Positions 53,724-62,464 of a DNA stretch of 64,000 nucleotides are shown piece after piece. Source of the stretch: a virus (taxonomy: Duplodnaviria; Heunggongvirae; Uroviricota; Caudoviricetes); the IMG/VR virus record IMGVR_UViG_3300032163_000007, positions 21,587 through 85,586 of that record; one strand, given 5' to 3'. Every line of letters starts with the position of its first letter. Positions within the stretch are counted from its first letter, which is position 1. The notes under the pieces were generated by a model. It saw only the letters and a program-made list of their open reading frames with translations, did not search any database and had not been told where the DNA came from. The position numbers were made by a program, and so were the translations under genes.

Positions 53724-54166
53724 TAGGATGTAAACAGTGTGGCCTCTGCTGCAAGGCAATTGCTCTGAGGTACTCTAAGAAGTATGTCAGAGATGTTGTC
53801 AGGACTTCAAAGCGAGCAGGAGACAAGAATACTGACGGGCTACTCATGCTCAATCACTGGAAGCGTATTCCAAGGCTTGAGGCTGAGGCTATTAACCCTG
53901 AGTATATTGGCACACACGAGGGTTACTACTTTTACAGGTGTAACAAGCTCAAAGACAATAAATGCAGTGATCACGGAGGAAAAACCAGAATTTGCAGTGG
54001 GTATCCGTTCTATGATGACTTTCCTGATCCCCTAGAGGTAAATGACAAACTCATGACGAGTAAGTGTGGCTTTTACATGACCCCAGAGAATACAGAGGAA
54101 TATGTAGAGCACCTGTTACTGTGCAAGCCCTTTGGCAAATGGATTCCACCCAACCAATTAACTTAA
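53720..54166 (+). CDS. YkgJ-family Cys-cluster protein (CxxCxxCC)
   Basis: 'CKQCGLCCK' plus C-terminal Cys/His. Confidence 0.45.
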   Translation: MIGCKQCGLCCKAIALRYSKKYVRDVVRTSKRAGDKNTDGLLMLNHWKRIPRLEAEAINPEYIGTHEGYYFYRCNKLKDNKCSDHGGKTRICSGYPFYDDFPDPLEVNDKLMTSKCGFYMTPENTEEYVEHLLLCKPFGKWIPPNQLT

Positions 54167-54210
54167 TGTATTTTTATACATTTCAATAGAAATAAATGAA
54201 GGAGAGACGT

Positions 54211-54492
54211 ATGTTAAAACCGTTACGAGGCAGAGTATTAGTACAGGTTCCAAAGCAAGAAGAAGTAGTTAAGAATGGGATCATTCTTACTGGTGGGGCA
54301 CCTGCTCCAACAGAGGGCGTTGTAGTTGCTGTCGGCATTGCAGAAGAGGCTGCTGATGGTCGTGTAATTCCCGGAGAAGTGTTCGTAGGAGACACCATAG
54401 TATTTCCAGCTCATTCAGGACAAAAGGTCAAGGATGGGGACGAAGAGTACTTGGTGTTCTACGAACGAGATATCATCGCAACAAGAAAGTAG
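54211..54492 (+). CDS. groES: co-chaperonin GroES (Hsp10) homolog
   Basis: 'LKPLRGRVLVQ...GGIILTG...GVVVAVG...GDTIVFPAHSGQKVK.DGEEYLVF...DIIA' parallels GroES; RBS AAGGAGAG. Confidence 0.75.
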   Translation: MLKPLRGRVLVQVPKQEEVVKNGIILTGGAPAPTEGVVVAVGIAEEAADGRVIPGEVFVGDTIVFPAHSGQKVKDGDEEYLVFYERDIIATRK

Positions 54493-54500
54493 GAGGCAAT

Positions 54501-55700
54501 ATGAAGGATTACTTAGAGCAGAGATTTCCAGGAAAAGAGATCAAAGTATGGGATACCCTATATAAAAAGACCAGCACAGGTGCAGTAAGTGAATGGACGA
54601 TTGGTGTTGCAGGCAACGTCATTGTTACATTTTTTGGCCAGGTAGATGGTAAACTGCAGAGTGTCGAAGAAACTGTTGCAGGTAAGAACATCGGCAGAAA
54701 GAATGAACGCTCACCAGAGCAGCAGGCTCTAGCAGAAGCTGAGAGTGCTTGGCAGAAGCGAGCAAAGACAAACGCTCACGTGGATGTTGAAGTGGCAAAA
54801 GTAGAAACAGAGAAGGCTTCCAAAGAGGGTGGCTATTTACCTATGCTGGCTCATGCCTGGGAAGATCACAAAGACAAGATCACATTCCCTTGCTTTGTTC
54901 AGCCCAAGCTAGACGGTGCCAGATGCATTGCTATTAAATCTAATGCAGAGGGCGTTAAACTCTACAGCCGTACTGGTAAAGAGACTAATACCGTTCCCCA
55001 TATCAACTTCGAACTCATGCAGATTATGCGTGATGGAGAGATTTGGGATGGAGAGTTGTATGAGCATGATGCCGATTTTAATGATAGTGTGGGCTCATTA
55101 CGTGCCACTGTAAACACCAACTCCAACGCAACAGCGAAGATTAAGTACTGGGTCTATGATTGTCCTCGTATTGAGGAGCTCAAAGAGGAGGCTGGGTTTG
55201 CGGCAAGATACCAAAGACTTGAGCGTAGAATACAGACGCTATCTAATGTGAGATCAAGGCCCATGGACGTAGTACTTGTGCCCACACATGAGGTATTTAA
55301 TGCTGATGCCATCCCTGCACTACACAAACAGTACACAGCAGACGCCTACGAAGGTGTTATGGTCAGACAGAAGAACATGAAGTACACACAAAAGCGTACT
55401 AACACACTCCTCAAGTATAAGACGTTTAAGGATGAAGAGTTCATCTGCATTGGTTATGAAGAGGGTAAGGCGTCTAAGGCTGGCATGGTTGGAGCATTCA
55501 TCCTGAAGATAGAGAATGAGGCTTATCCAAACCGTAACTCTTTTAAGGCTGGCTTAATAGGCACGGAAGTCTATTCCAAGGATCTGTTTGAGCATCCTGA
55601 AAAGTTTATGAATAAGCCGATTACGATACAGTACTTCTCTAAGTCAAAGTATGGCATACCGAGATTTCCTAAAGCAAAGGCGGTACGTGATTATGAATAA
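54501..55700 (+). CDS. ATP-dependent DNA ligase
   Basis: Motif I 'QPKLDGARC' (KxDGxR); nucleotidyltransferase fold; 399 aa. Confidence 0.65.
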   Translation: MKDYLEQRFPGKEIKVWDTLYKKTSTGAVSEWTIGVAGNVIVTFFGQVDGKLQSVEETVAGKNIGRKNERSPEQQALAEAESAWQKRAKTNAHVDVEVAKVETEKASKEGGYLPMLAHAWEDHKDKITFPCFVQPKLDGARCIAIKSNAEGVKLYSRTGKETNTVPHINFELMQIMRDGEIWDGELYEHDADFNDSVGSLRATVNTNSNATAKIKYWVYDCPRIEELKEEAGFAARYQRLERRIQTLSNVRSRPMDVVLVPTHEVFNADAIPALHKQYTADAYEGVMVRQKNMKYTQKRTNTLLKYKTFKDEEFICIGYEEGKASKAGMVGAFILKIENEAYPNRNSFKAGLIGTEVYSKDLFEHPEKFMNKPITIQYFSKSKYGIPRFPKAKAVRDYE

Positions 55701-55848
55701 GGCGCTTTGGACGTGTTTTGTTATTGCCTTTTGCTTTGGGGTAGTTAATCTTCCCCTGGGGCTACCCTGGTGGACCTATTTTCTAAAGGGCTGCATATTC
55801 GGTGGTTGTATGGGCTTTGTAGCAGGGGTGCTTCATGATAATTACTAG
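55651..55848 (+). CDS. small membrane protein
   Basis: Two hydrophobic helices. Confidence 0.35.
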   Translation: MAYRDFLKQRRYVIMNKALWTCFVIAFCFGVVNLPLGLPWWTYFLKGCIFGGCMGFVAGVLHDNY

Positions 55849-56032
55849 CACAGGAAAATACTGGATCAGATTGATTATCATAGCCTTGTTATGGCTTGGA
55901 GTGGTGGCGTTAGCTGCTACTGAGATGAAGCACCTCTTGAAGAATCTCCATGGGTGGAGATGGGCTGTAGCTGAGATCGGTTTTATAGCTACAATTGTAT
56001 TCTTGGGAGGTAAGATCAGTGATTCTGTATAG
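55835..56032 (+). CDS. small membrane protein
   Basis: Two hydrophobic helices. Confidence 0.35.
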   Translation: MIITSTGKYWIRLIIIALLWLGVVALAATEMKHLLKNLHGWRWAVAEIGFIATIVFLGGKISDSV

Positions 56033-56291
56033 AGAGGTTAAGAACAAGGCCTTTACTACATGGCTCAATGACCGGATCGGCGTACGCTTTATTAAGCGTT
56101 TAGGCATTGTTAAGGGTTACTACTTTGGTAACCGAGAAGTTGCGCATGAAGAGCATATCACATATTTGGGTATAGTTTATTTAGCAGAACAGGGATTGCA
56201 CTTGTTTAGAGAAGTTGAGGTTCAAGAAGGCCCACTGGCAAGTACAATTCGCGATGCTGTGTTTGCTAAGATAGAAGAGATAGGAGCATAA
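55995..56291 (+). CDS. hypothetical protein
   Basis: Listed ORF. Confidence 0.35.
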   Translation: MYSWEVRSVILYREVKNKAFTTWLNDRIGVRFIKRLGIVKGYYFGNREVAHEEHITYLGIVYLAEQGLHLFREVEVQEGPLASTIRDAVFAKIEEIGA

Positions 56292-56430
56292 GATGCATAA
56301 TGAGTTATTGGCTACAGTAATGGGAATATTTTTTTGGTTTCTAATCTTTGGTGCATTGATCACATGCAACACAACTACAGCTTGCTGTGCTATTGCTATT
56401 GCGGTTGCATTTTACAAATAAGGAGAACAC

Positions 56431-56679
56431 ATGAAGGTTATTGAACAAAGTGTAGAGATTATTGACTTGGGTGGAACACCCCTGGAAATTTACAAGAAGC
56501 TTGAGAACATCGGCAGGGTTTGCTATAAGTCAGAAGATAAAATCACAGATGAGACCCATGACAAGTTTCTCAGGGATGTCATAAGAAGAGGTCACGAGTC
56601 TGTACTTGAGCACCACAACATCACGTTGAGGTTTATCACGGACCGTGGTGTAACCCATGAAATTGTCATGCCCGCTTAA
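56431..56679 (+). pseudogene. thyX: thyX (FAD-dependent thymidylate synthase), N-terminal part; the gene is split by a frameshift
   Basis: 'RVCYKS...HESVLEHHNITLRFITDRGVTHEIV' matches the ThyX N-terminal half; stops 4 codons later. Confidence 0.6.
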
Positions 56680-57076
56680 CTTTGCCAGCTACTCGCAAGA
56701 AAGTACACGCTATGTGAACTATAATAAGGTTGGTATGGAAGTGATCCTTCCAGTTGAGTTTGCGAACACTATCACTGATGTGAATAGAAGTACGCAGTAT
56801 TGGCAGTGGCAAGAGGCTATGAAACGAGCCGAGGACCATTACAACAATATGATCAAAAATGGTGCTGTGCCACAGCTTGCCAGATCAGTTCTACCAAACA
56901 GTTTGAAAACGGAGTTAGTGATGACAGCGAACATCAGAGAATGGCGACACTTTCTCAAGTTGCGTACAGCTATGGCAGCGCATCCACAGCTAAGGAGCCT
57001 AGCTACAACTCTACAAACTATGCTTGCTACCGAACTCCCTATTTTCTTTGAGGTCACCCCTAAGTTGGATCAGTAG
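56657..57076 (+). pseudogene. thyX: thyX C-terminal part in the +1 frame; the RHR part of the ThyX motif is replaced
   Basis: 'ASYSQESTRYVNY' is the ThyX S..S.RY motif, but the positions that should be RHR read CPL/PLN. Confidence 0.6.
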
Positions 57077-57085
57077 CAAGAATGA

Positions 57086-57099
57086 GTAATAATTAAGAT
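57086..57099 (+). promoter_or_regulatory. HEG-associated element GTAATAATTAAGAT abutting the ATG
   Basis: Shared AATTAAGAT core. Confidence 0.45.
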
Positions 57100-58155
57100 A
57101 TGAAAAAGAGCATGGGATACACAGAAGACACAAAGATCCTTACAGAGGATGGTTGGAGGTGGGTTAAAGATCTGGAGAGTGGGTGCATGGTCCACACCCT
57201 CGACTATCAGGGGCAACTATGTGTAACTCCGGTTCAAAAAGTTATATGTGAGGAATACTCTGGAGAAGTTCTCCATTTGAAGTCTTCAAAGATAGACCTG
57301 GATATAGGGGCCCTCCAACCTCTCTTTGTGAGAACAGAGAATAAAAGTCCTTTACATGTGCCCGCTCAGGATGTAACTCATAAGCATATTTTTCTAAAGG
57401 GAGCTCAAATCCCTGAAATTATGGCTGAGCAGATTGTTGGGTTGCCGTCAGTGGTTGATGGCGGGTTCCTAAAAAGAGTTGTTGCAGAGAGATATCTAGA
57501 TACGAACCAGTTTCTACTTTTCTTAGGACTTTGGGTAACGGATGGGTCTATCCGATTAACCGGTAGAGCTGGAAATCAGGTTAGAATATCCCAAGTTAAA
57601 CCTTCCGTCAGAGCTGTGATAGATAAACTTCTAGCTGCCTTAGACTTTAAGTACTCTTATAGTTGCAAAAGCTACTACATGTACTCTAAACAACTTTTCT
57701 GCTTCCTTCGGGAGCAGTTCATAAAAAATAACGACCCTAAAAAAGGATATTACGTTAGTATCCCTTTATGGATAAAAAAGATGCACGCGTTACACTTAGA
57801 GCATTTAGTAAAGGGGTTAATGCTTGGAGATGGAAGATTAGAGCCTAACTGCGAGTACAGTGGGTACCTTACAACAGCTTCGGAGGCTCTAGCTGAAGAT
57901 TTCGCAGAGATAGCCTTAAAGATGGGAAGATGCGCAACAATCCGGAAGAAGGGAGTGGGTATGGTTCATAGTAAGCAGAAAGTTCCCTACTACTTTGTGT
58001 CTCTTCTTAAACCTATTACACACTACGCAAGGACTACGCAAGTCTTAAGCAAATTTTATAGTGGTCCTCTATACAGTATATTTCTAGATGGCCAGAAACC
58101 TGTATATATAATGCAAAAAGGTAAAACTTTATGGGGAGGTACAAATGGCGAATGA
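57100..58155 (+). CDS. free-standing LAGLIDADG homing endonuclease with an intein-like (Hint) N-terminal segment
   Basis: 'LFLGLWVTDGS' and 'LVKGLMLGDGRL' LAGLIDADG motifs; N-terminal 'DTKILTEDGWRWVKDL' resembles intein block A; no C-terminal HN splice junction. Confidence 0.6.
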   Translation: MKKSMGYTEDTKILTEDGWRWVKDLESGCMVHTLDYQGQLCVTPVQKVICEEYSGEVLHLKSSKIDLDIGALQPLFVRTENKSPLHVPAQDVTHKHIFLKGAQIPEIMAEQIVGLPSVVDGGFLKRVVAERYLDTNQFLLFLGLWVTDGSIRLTGRAGNQVRISQVKPSVRAVIDKLLAALDFKYSYSCKSYYMYSKQLFCFLREQFIKNNDPKKGYYVSIPLWIKKMHALHLEHLVKGLMLGDGRLEPNCEYSGYLTTASEALAEDFAEIALKMGRCATIRKKGVGMVHSKQKVPYYFVSLLKPITHYARTTQVLSKFYSGPLYSIFLDGQKPVYIMQKGKTLWGGTNGE

Positions 58156-58426
58156 CCTCTTTCTAGAGATGAAGTCTGACCTCAAGAAGCACGCTGAAGA
58201 TTCGGATAGACGTTTGTCAGATATTCAAAATCATGTGGAGCAGTTGGCTCTTACAGAGATGATAGTGAATGCTAAACTTCGTCATCTCGAGTATGCCAAT
58301 GTGGTCTACAAAGAGGCCTTGAGCCTTGCTTGTGAGTTGCTAGAAGAGTTTACAGGTAAGCAATCAGAGGAGTTTGCTGCAGACTTTAAGAAGCAGGCAG
58401 ATTCAGAAATGAGTGATGGAAGATGA
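58145..58426 (+). CDS. hypothetical coiled-coil protein
   Basis: Listed ORF. Confidence 0.35.
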   Translation: MANDLFLEMKSDLKKHAEDSDRRLSDIQNHVEQLALTEMIVNAKLRHLEYANVVYKEALSLACELLEEFTGKQSEEFAADFKKQADSEMSDGR

Positions 58427-58592
58427 TTGATTTGACAAAGATAGCTCTCCACAAAAGAGAGGATGCTCTAATTGAACGACTGGGTATAAAGAGAGACCTT
58501 CAAGGGACTCTTCACCAGGTAGACATTCTCGAGGCGATAATTAAGCGCATAGAGGCCTTAGAAAGAAAGGCGAAAATATAAGGAGATGCGCT

Positions 58593-58862
58593 ATGTTCAA
58601 GACCCTGTTTAAGACTATCGGGAAGATAATCAAGGATTTGTTTCAGGAGTTTGGGTCATTTAGTTTGTCAAGGTTGAGCTTTGCAATTACTCCGGTATCA
58701 GGGCTATGCATCGCCTTCTCAAAAGGTGACATCCCACCTGGGGTGGTCACAGTAATAGGTACTCTGCTAGTATACGTATTTTCATCGAAGACAGGATTGA
58801 ACCTTGCTGCAAAGATGGATGCAAAGCTACTTGCTGAGGCCGATAAAGCTACAAAGGAGTAA
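58593..58862 (+). CDS. small membrane protein (holin-like topology)
   Basis: Two TM helices with a charged C-terminus. Confidence 0.35.
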   Translation: MFKTLFKTIGKIIKDLFQEFGSFSLSRLSFAITPVSGLCIAFSKGDIPPGVVTVIGTLLVYVFSSKTGLNLAAKMDAKLLAEADKATKE

Positions 58863-58864
58863 CA

Positions 58865-59125
58865 ATGTTACAGAAGAACTTAAAGAAAGCCAATATGATG
58901 AAGTTCATTGGCTACATGAAGAAATTATATGAGGGTTTGACATGGGAAAAGAAGTCAGATGACGAAGATGTCTATGTCATCCATTTACCAGGGCTCAAGT
59001 CCCAGATAAAGGTTGAGATGATGAACTTAGGAAGCCTAGTGAACATTCCCACGGAGCTCTACCACTTCGACAAAAAGGCCTATGACAGGCTTGAAGTGCA
59101 GATAAACTCCTACTTCAACAAGTAG
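58865..59125 (+). CDS. hypothetical protein
   Basis: Listed ORF. Confidence 0.35.
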   Translation: MLQKNLKKANMMKFIGYMKKLYEGLTWEKKSDDEDVYVIHLPGLKSQIKVEMMNLGSLVNIPTELYHFDKKAYDRLEVQINSYFNK

Positions 59126-59131
59126 TAATAT

Positions 59132-59170
59132 CACCACGAATATTGGTACTATAACCAATATTCGTGGTAG
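59132..59170 (+). other. long perfect stem-loop CACCACGAATATTGGT-actat-AACCAATATTCGTGGTAG, no T-run
   Basis: 16-bp inverted repeat immediately after a stop codon. Confidence 0.5.
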
Positions 59171-59204
59171 ATTCACACCCAGAAAATTAAATGTAAGAAT
59201 TCTT

Positions 59205-59232
59205 TAAGTTTTAGTATAATACATCTAAAGGA
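59205..59232 (+). promoter_or_regulatory. promoter-like motif TTTTAGTATAATACATCTAAAGGAG
   Basis: Member of the GTA(A)TATACATC motif family; contains TATAAT. Confidence 0.45.
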
Positions 59233-59233
59233 G

Positions 59234-59533
59234 ATGAGTTATATGAGTTTATTTTGTGGTGAGTGCGGACAGCCGTGCGGTATTGAGGTCGTTGACCTAG
59301 GTATTGGAGTCTATGATTGTGGAGGTCATTCTGAAGTTGATTCCAGACCCTGCTGCGTCAGTGATTGCTGTGAGGCAGATATCTACGCAGAGCAATGCGA
59401 AACCTGTGAAGGAGCCTGCGTAGTACTTGATCCTGATACTGGCCATATGGTTAAGTGTGATGACTGTAATGGTACAGGTCTCACGGGCCTCATGGATGAA
59501 GACGAATTAGAAGATATAGCAAGAGGAGATTAA
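59234..59533 (+). CDS. Cys-rich protein (DnaJ-type zinc-finger-like CxxCxGxG repeats)
   Basis: 'CGECGQPCG', 'CETCEGAC', 'CDDCNGTG'. Confidence 0.4.
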   Translation: MSYMSLFCGECGQPCGIEVVDLGIGVYDCGGHSEVDSRPCCVSDCCEADIYAEQCETCEGACVVLDPDTGHMVKCDDCNGTGLTGLMDEDELEDIARGD

Positions 59534-59535
59534 AA

Positions 59536-60432
59536 TTGATTAAATGCTTTTACCATAGTAGCGACTTAGACGGCAAGTGCAGTGCAGCGATAGTTAGACT
59601 CAAGTATCCCGATTGTGAATTGTTTCCCATCGACTACAACGATCCTTTCCCCTGGGAAGATATAACAGCTACTGACACAATAGTCATGGTTGACTTTAGT
59701 TTAGCCGCTTCAGACATGAAGTACTTGGCCGAGAAGTGTAAATTGGTTTGGATCGACCACCACGCAACGGCTCTTGACGCCGCTAAGGTGATTGGCTTTG
59801 AGCCAGAAGGTTTGCGCAAAGTAGGAGATGCCGCTTGTGAGCTGGTTTGGGACTACTATTTTGACAGTCACTATCACCCCACCGCAGTTATATTCTTGGG
59901 CAGATATGATGTCTGGGATCACAGCAATGCAGACGTGGTACCATTTCAAATGGGTGCACGTATGTATGCTCTCGAACCTGATGACTCGATGTGGAAGGTT
60001 CTTCTTGTGCCTCCATCGATGAACCCCAAAGAAACCCAGGACTTAGTCTTGAAGATCCTCGGTGAGGGTAAGATTATCCTCGAGTATGAGAAGCAACAGA
60101 ACGCAGATCTGTGTAGAAAGCATGCCTTTGAGGTTGATTGGGGTGGTCTGAAAATGATCGCTGTTAACTCCGCAAAGGGCAGTGCTGTACTTGATAGTGT
60201 TGTAAAGCCAGAGCATGATCTCACTTGTACGTTCTCCACGAATAGTGTGGTATGGTGGGTTAGCCTATATAGTGGCAAGCCTGATGTACACTGTGGTGAA
60301 ATCGCCAAGATGTTTGGTGGTGGAGGACACAAGGGTGCAGCTGGGTTCACTTGCAATGAATTGCCTTGGCTCAAAGCCAATCCTAAAAGAGATACATTGT
60401 CAGAGATCAATGAGCTTCTGGGCATCCTATGA
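59536..60432 (+). CDS. DHH-family phosphoesterase (NrnA-like nanoRNase/pAp phosphatase)
   Basis: DHH motifs 'YHSSDLDG', 'MVDFS', 'WIDHHAT' and 'MFGGGGHKGAAGF' (DHHA1 GGGH). Confidence 0.7.
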   Translation: MIKCFYHSSDLDGKCSAAIVRLKYPDCELFPIDYNDPFPWEDITATDTIVMVDFSLAASDMKYLAEKCKLVWIDHHATALDAAKVIGFEPEGLRKVGDAACELVWDYYFDSHYHPTAVIFLGRYDVWDHSNADVVPFQMGARMYALEPDDSMWKVLLVPPSMNPKETQDLVLKILGEGKIILEYEKQQNADLCRKHAFEVDWGGLKMIAVNSAKGSAVLDSVVKPEHDLTCTFSTNSVVWWVSLYSGKPDVHCGEIAKMFGGGGHKGAAGFTCNELPWLKANPKRDTLSEINELLGIL

Positions 60433-60902
60433 AAAACCAGAAAGAGGTAATGGAGTTAGCTGCAGAGCTTCACAAAGGCCAGACTCGTGAAGATGGCATC
60501 GAGCCTTATGTGAACCATCCTCTCAGAGTATCCACACTATACCAGGAATACACTTGGTCTAGTAACCAAATCATGATTGCGCTCCTGCATGATACGATTG
60601 AGGACTGTGGCGTGACGGAGGATGACCTTGTAATGAAGCATGGAGTTCCTCCTGCTGTAGCTATGGGAGTTGCAATGCTTTCTAGAGTGAAAGATGAGTC
60701 TTATGTGGACTTTATCCACCGCATTGGTAAGAGCTTCAAGTCTATGAGGGATATCAAAATCGCTGATATAAAGGATAATCTTAGGAACCATAAGAAGAGT
60801 AGTAGAAGAGATAAGTATGAGCTTGCTCTAGCTCTGCTGCAGTCTTATGGGGACCTCGAAGAAAAAACAACCGTAATTCTTAATGTATTAAAGCAAAAAT
60901 AA
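60429..60902 (+). CDS. HD-domain hydrolase of the RelA/SpoT (p)ppGpp-hydrolase type (small alarmone hydrolase-like)
   Basis: 'HPLRVSTLY...IMIALLHDTIEDCG' matches the SpoT/Mesh1 HD signature. Confidence 0.6.
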   Translation: MKNQKEVMELAAELHKGQTREDGIEPYVNHPLRVSTLYQEYTWSSNQIMIALLHDTIEDCGVTEDDLVMKHGVPPAVAMGVAMLSRVKDESYVDFIHRIGKSFKSMRDIKIADIKDNLRNHKKSSRRDKYELALALLQSYGDLEEKTTVILNVLKQK

Positions 60903-60929
60903 ATAGTAATATACATCTAAAAGAAAGAG
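60900..60929 (+). promoter_or_regulatory. promoter-like motif AATAGTAATATACATCTAAAAGAAAGAGG
   Basis: Member of the GTAATATACATC family. Confidence 0.45.
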
Positions 60930-61199
60930 GTGCTTATTATGCAAGCAACACAAATTAAAGAACTAGTTAAGTCAACAAAAGGTAAGGTATTTGGTATACA
61001 GTTTGTTAAGCGTACCACTGGTGAGTTGAGAAAAATGACTTGCCGTACTGGAGCCAGAGTTGGTGTAACGGGTGAAGGTCGTAAGTATGACCTCGATGAG
61101 AAGAATCTTCTAAGTGTCTACGATATGAAGAAAGGCTTCAGAACTATACCGATCGAAGGTGTAGTATCATTTACGTTTAAGGGTGTGAAGTATGAGTAA
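60930..61199 (+). CDS. hypothetical protein
   Basis: Listed ORF; RBS AGAGG. Confidence 0.4.
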   Translation: MLIMQATQIKELVKSTKGKVFGIQFVKRTTGELRKMTCRTGARVGVTGEGRKYDLDEKNLLSVYDMKKGFRTIPIEGVVSFTFKGVKYE

Positions 61200-61368
61200 G
61201 AAAAAAGTAAACGAAGCTATCGTTGAGATCGAAAAGGCTCAAGATGTACTAGGTGAGCTTAAGAAGCATATAGTCTTGGAGATATCTAAGGCAAAGGCAT
61301 CTAGCTTAGGGGTTCAGCTTGAAAAGGCCTTGGATCTGCTTGAGGAGGCAAAGCATGACGGAGAGTAA
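61192..61368 (+). CDS. small coiled-coil ORF (58 aa)
   Basis: Found by eye; overlaps the upstream stop. Confidence 0.25.
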   Translation: MSKKKVNEAIVEIEKAQDVLGELKKHIVLEISKAKASSLGVQLEKALDLLEEAKHDGE

Positions 61369-61427
61369 AGCGATACTAGCCTCCGTAAAGCGTGCCATGT
61401 CTGATGTGTAGGGTGGCTTTAGCAGAA

Positions 61428-62198
61428 ATGTTAAAAGCATATCACAAAGACCGTCAGAATCCTCCTAAACAAGGGAATAGGCATACAATGCGCACCTTTG
61501 CTCTAGGAGACGTACACGGCAACTATAAGGCACTGATGCAAGTGCTGGAGCGAGCCAACTTCAACTATGAAGAGGACACGCTCATTGGTTTAGGGGACTA
61601 CTGCGACGGGTATCCTCAGACCAAAGAGGTCATTGATGAGCTGCTGAAGATCAAAAATCTGATACCTATTATGGGTAATCATGACGAATGGCTAAGAGAA
61701 TACTTCCGCAAGGGAGCTATGCCTCATATATGGGTGTCTCAGGGCGGTCAGGCCACATTAGAGAGCTATGATTTTACTTTCAATGAAGCTCATCTCAACT
61801 TCCTTGACCACTGCAGATACTCATATACTGATGAAAAGAACAGGATTTTCTGTCACGGCGGCTTCCCCAAAGACACCACAGACATCCTTGATGTGGATCG
61901 CCACATCATAACTTGGGACAGAAGCCTAGTCAAAAATGCTATAACTAAAAAGCAATACTCGACTGACAAGACCCGTACCAAGTACGTGGAAGCATTTGAA
62001 GAGGTTTGGGTGGGTCACACGACTACCCAAGGTTGGAAGACATTCCAGCCTATCATAGCATTCAATATCTATTTGCTCGATACTGGCGCAGGCTGGGACG
62101 GCAAGCTAACTCTGATGGATGTAGACTCCAAGGAAGTCTTTCAGAGTGATTTTGGATGGGAATTGTATGGAGAAAATCAGGGAAGAGGTACTTACTAG
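61428..62198 (+). CDS. PPP-family Ser/Thr phosphatase or ApaH-like diadenosine tetraphosphatase
   Basis: 'LGDVHGNY', 'GDYCDGYPQ' and 'GNHDEW' metallophosphatase motifs; start uncertain (61428 or 61498). Confidence 0.6.
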   Translation: MLKAYHKDRQNPPKQGNRHTMRTFALGDVHGNYKALMQVLERANFNYEEDTLIGLGDYCDGYPQTKEVIDELLKIKNLIPIMGNHDEWLREYFRKGAMPHIWVSQGGQATLESYDFTFNEAHLNFLDHCRYSYTDEKNRIFCHGGFPKDTTDILDVDRHIITWDRSLVKNAITKKQYSTDKTRTKYVEAFEEVWVGHTTTQGWKTFQPIIAFNIYLLDTGAGWDGKLTLMDVDSKEVFQSDFGWELYGENQGRGTY

Positions 62199-62389
62199 TG
62201 GCTGCATATAGATATAAGTGCGAGATATGTGGTTTCATCAATGACGTCAACCACAGCGTCGAAGAGTTGGACACACACAAAGAAATCTGTCCTATGTGTG
62301 AACACGAAATGTTCCGACCAATAGGTGCCGTGGGCTTCCAACTAAAGGGTCAGGGTTTTCATGTTAATGATTATCCCAAGCCAATATAG
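62156..62389 (+). CDS. small zinc-ribbon protein
   Basis: 'CEICG...CPMCEHE'; start uncertain. Confidence 0.35.
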   Translation: MGIVWRKSGKRYLLVAAYRYKCEICGFINDVNHSVEELDTHKEICPMCEHEMFRPIGAVGFQLKGQGFHVNDYPKPI

Positions 62390-62424
62390 CATAATCAACC
62401 AAAAATCTTAATGTATCTTTCCTC

Positions 62425-62462
62425 TTTTGTATAGTAATATACATCAAAACTAGGAGGAATTC
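62425..62462 (+). promoter_or_regulatory. promoter-like motif TTTTGTATAGTAATATACATCAAAACTAGGAGG
   Basis: Member of the GTAATATACATC family. Confidence 0.45.
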
Positions 62463-62464
62463 TT

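Noticed and set aside
56655-56685. -1 programmed ribosomal frameshift in thyX
   Set aside because: The required shift is +1 and no X XXY YYZ slippery site exists. The RHR codons are also absent, so simple recoding would not restore a canonical ThyX.
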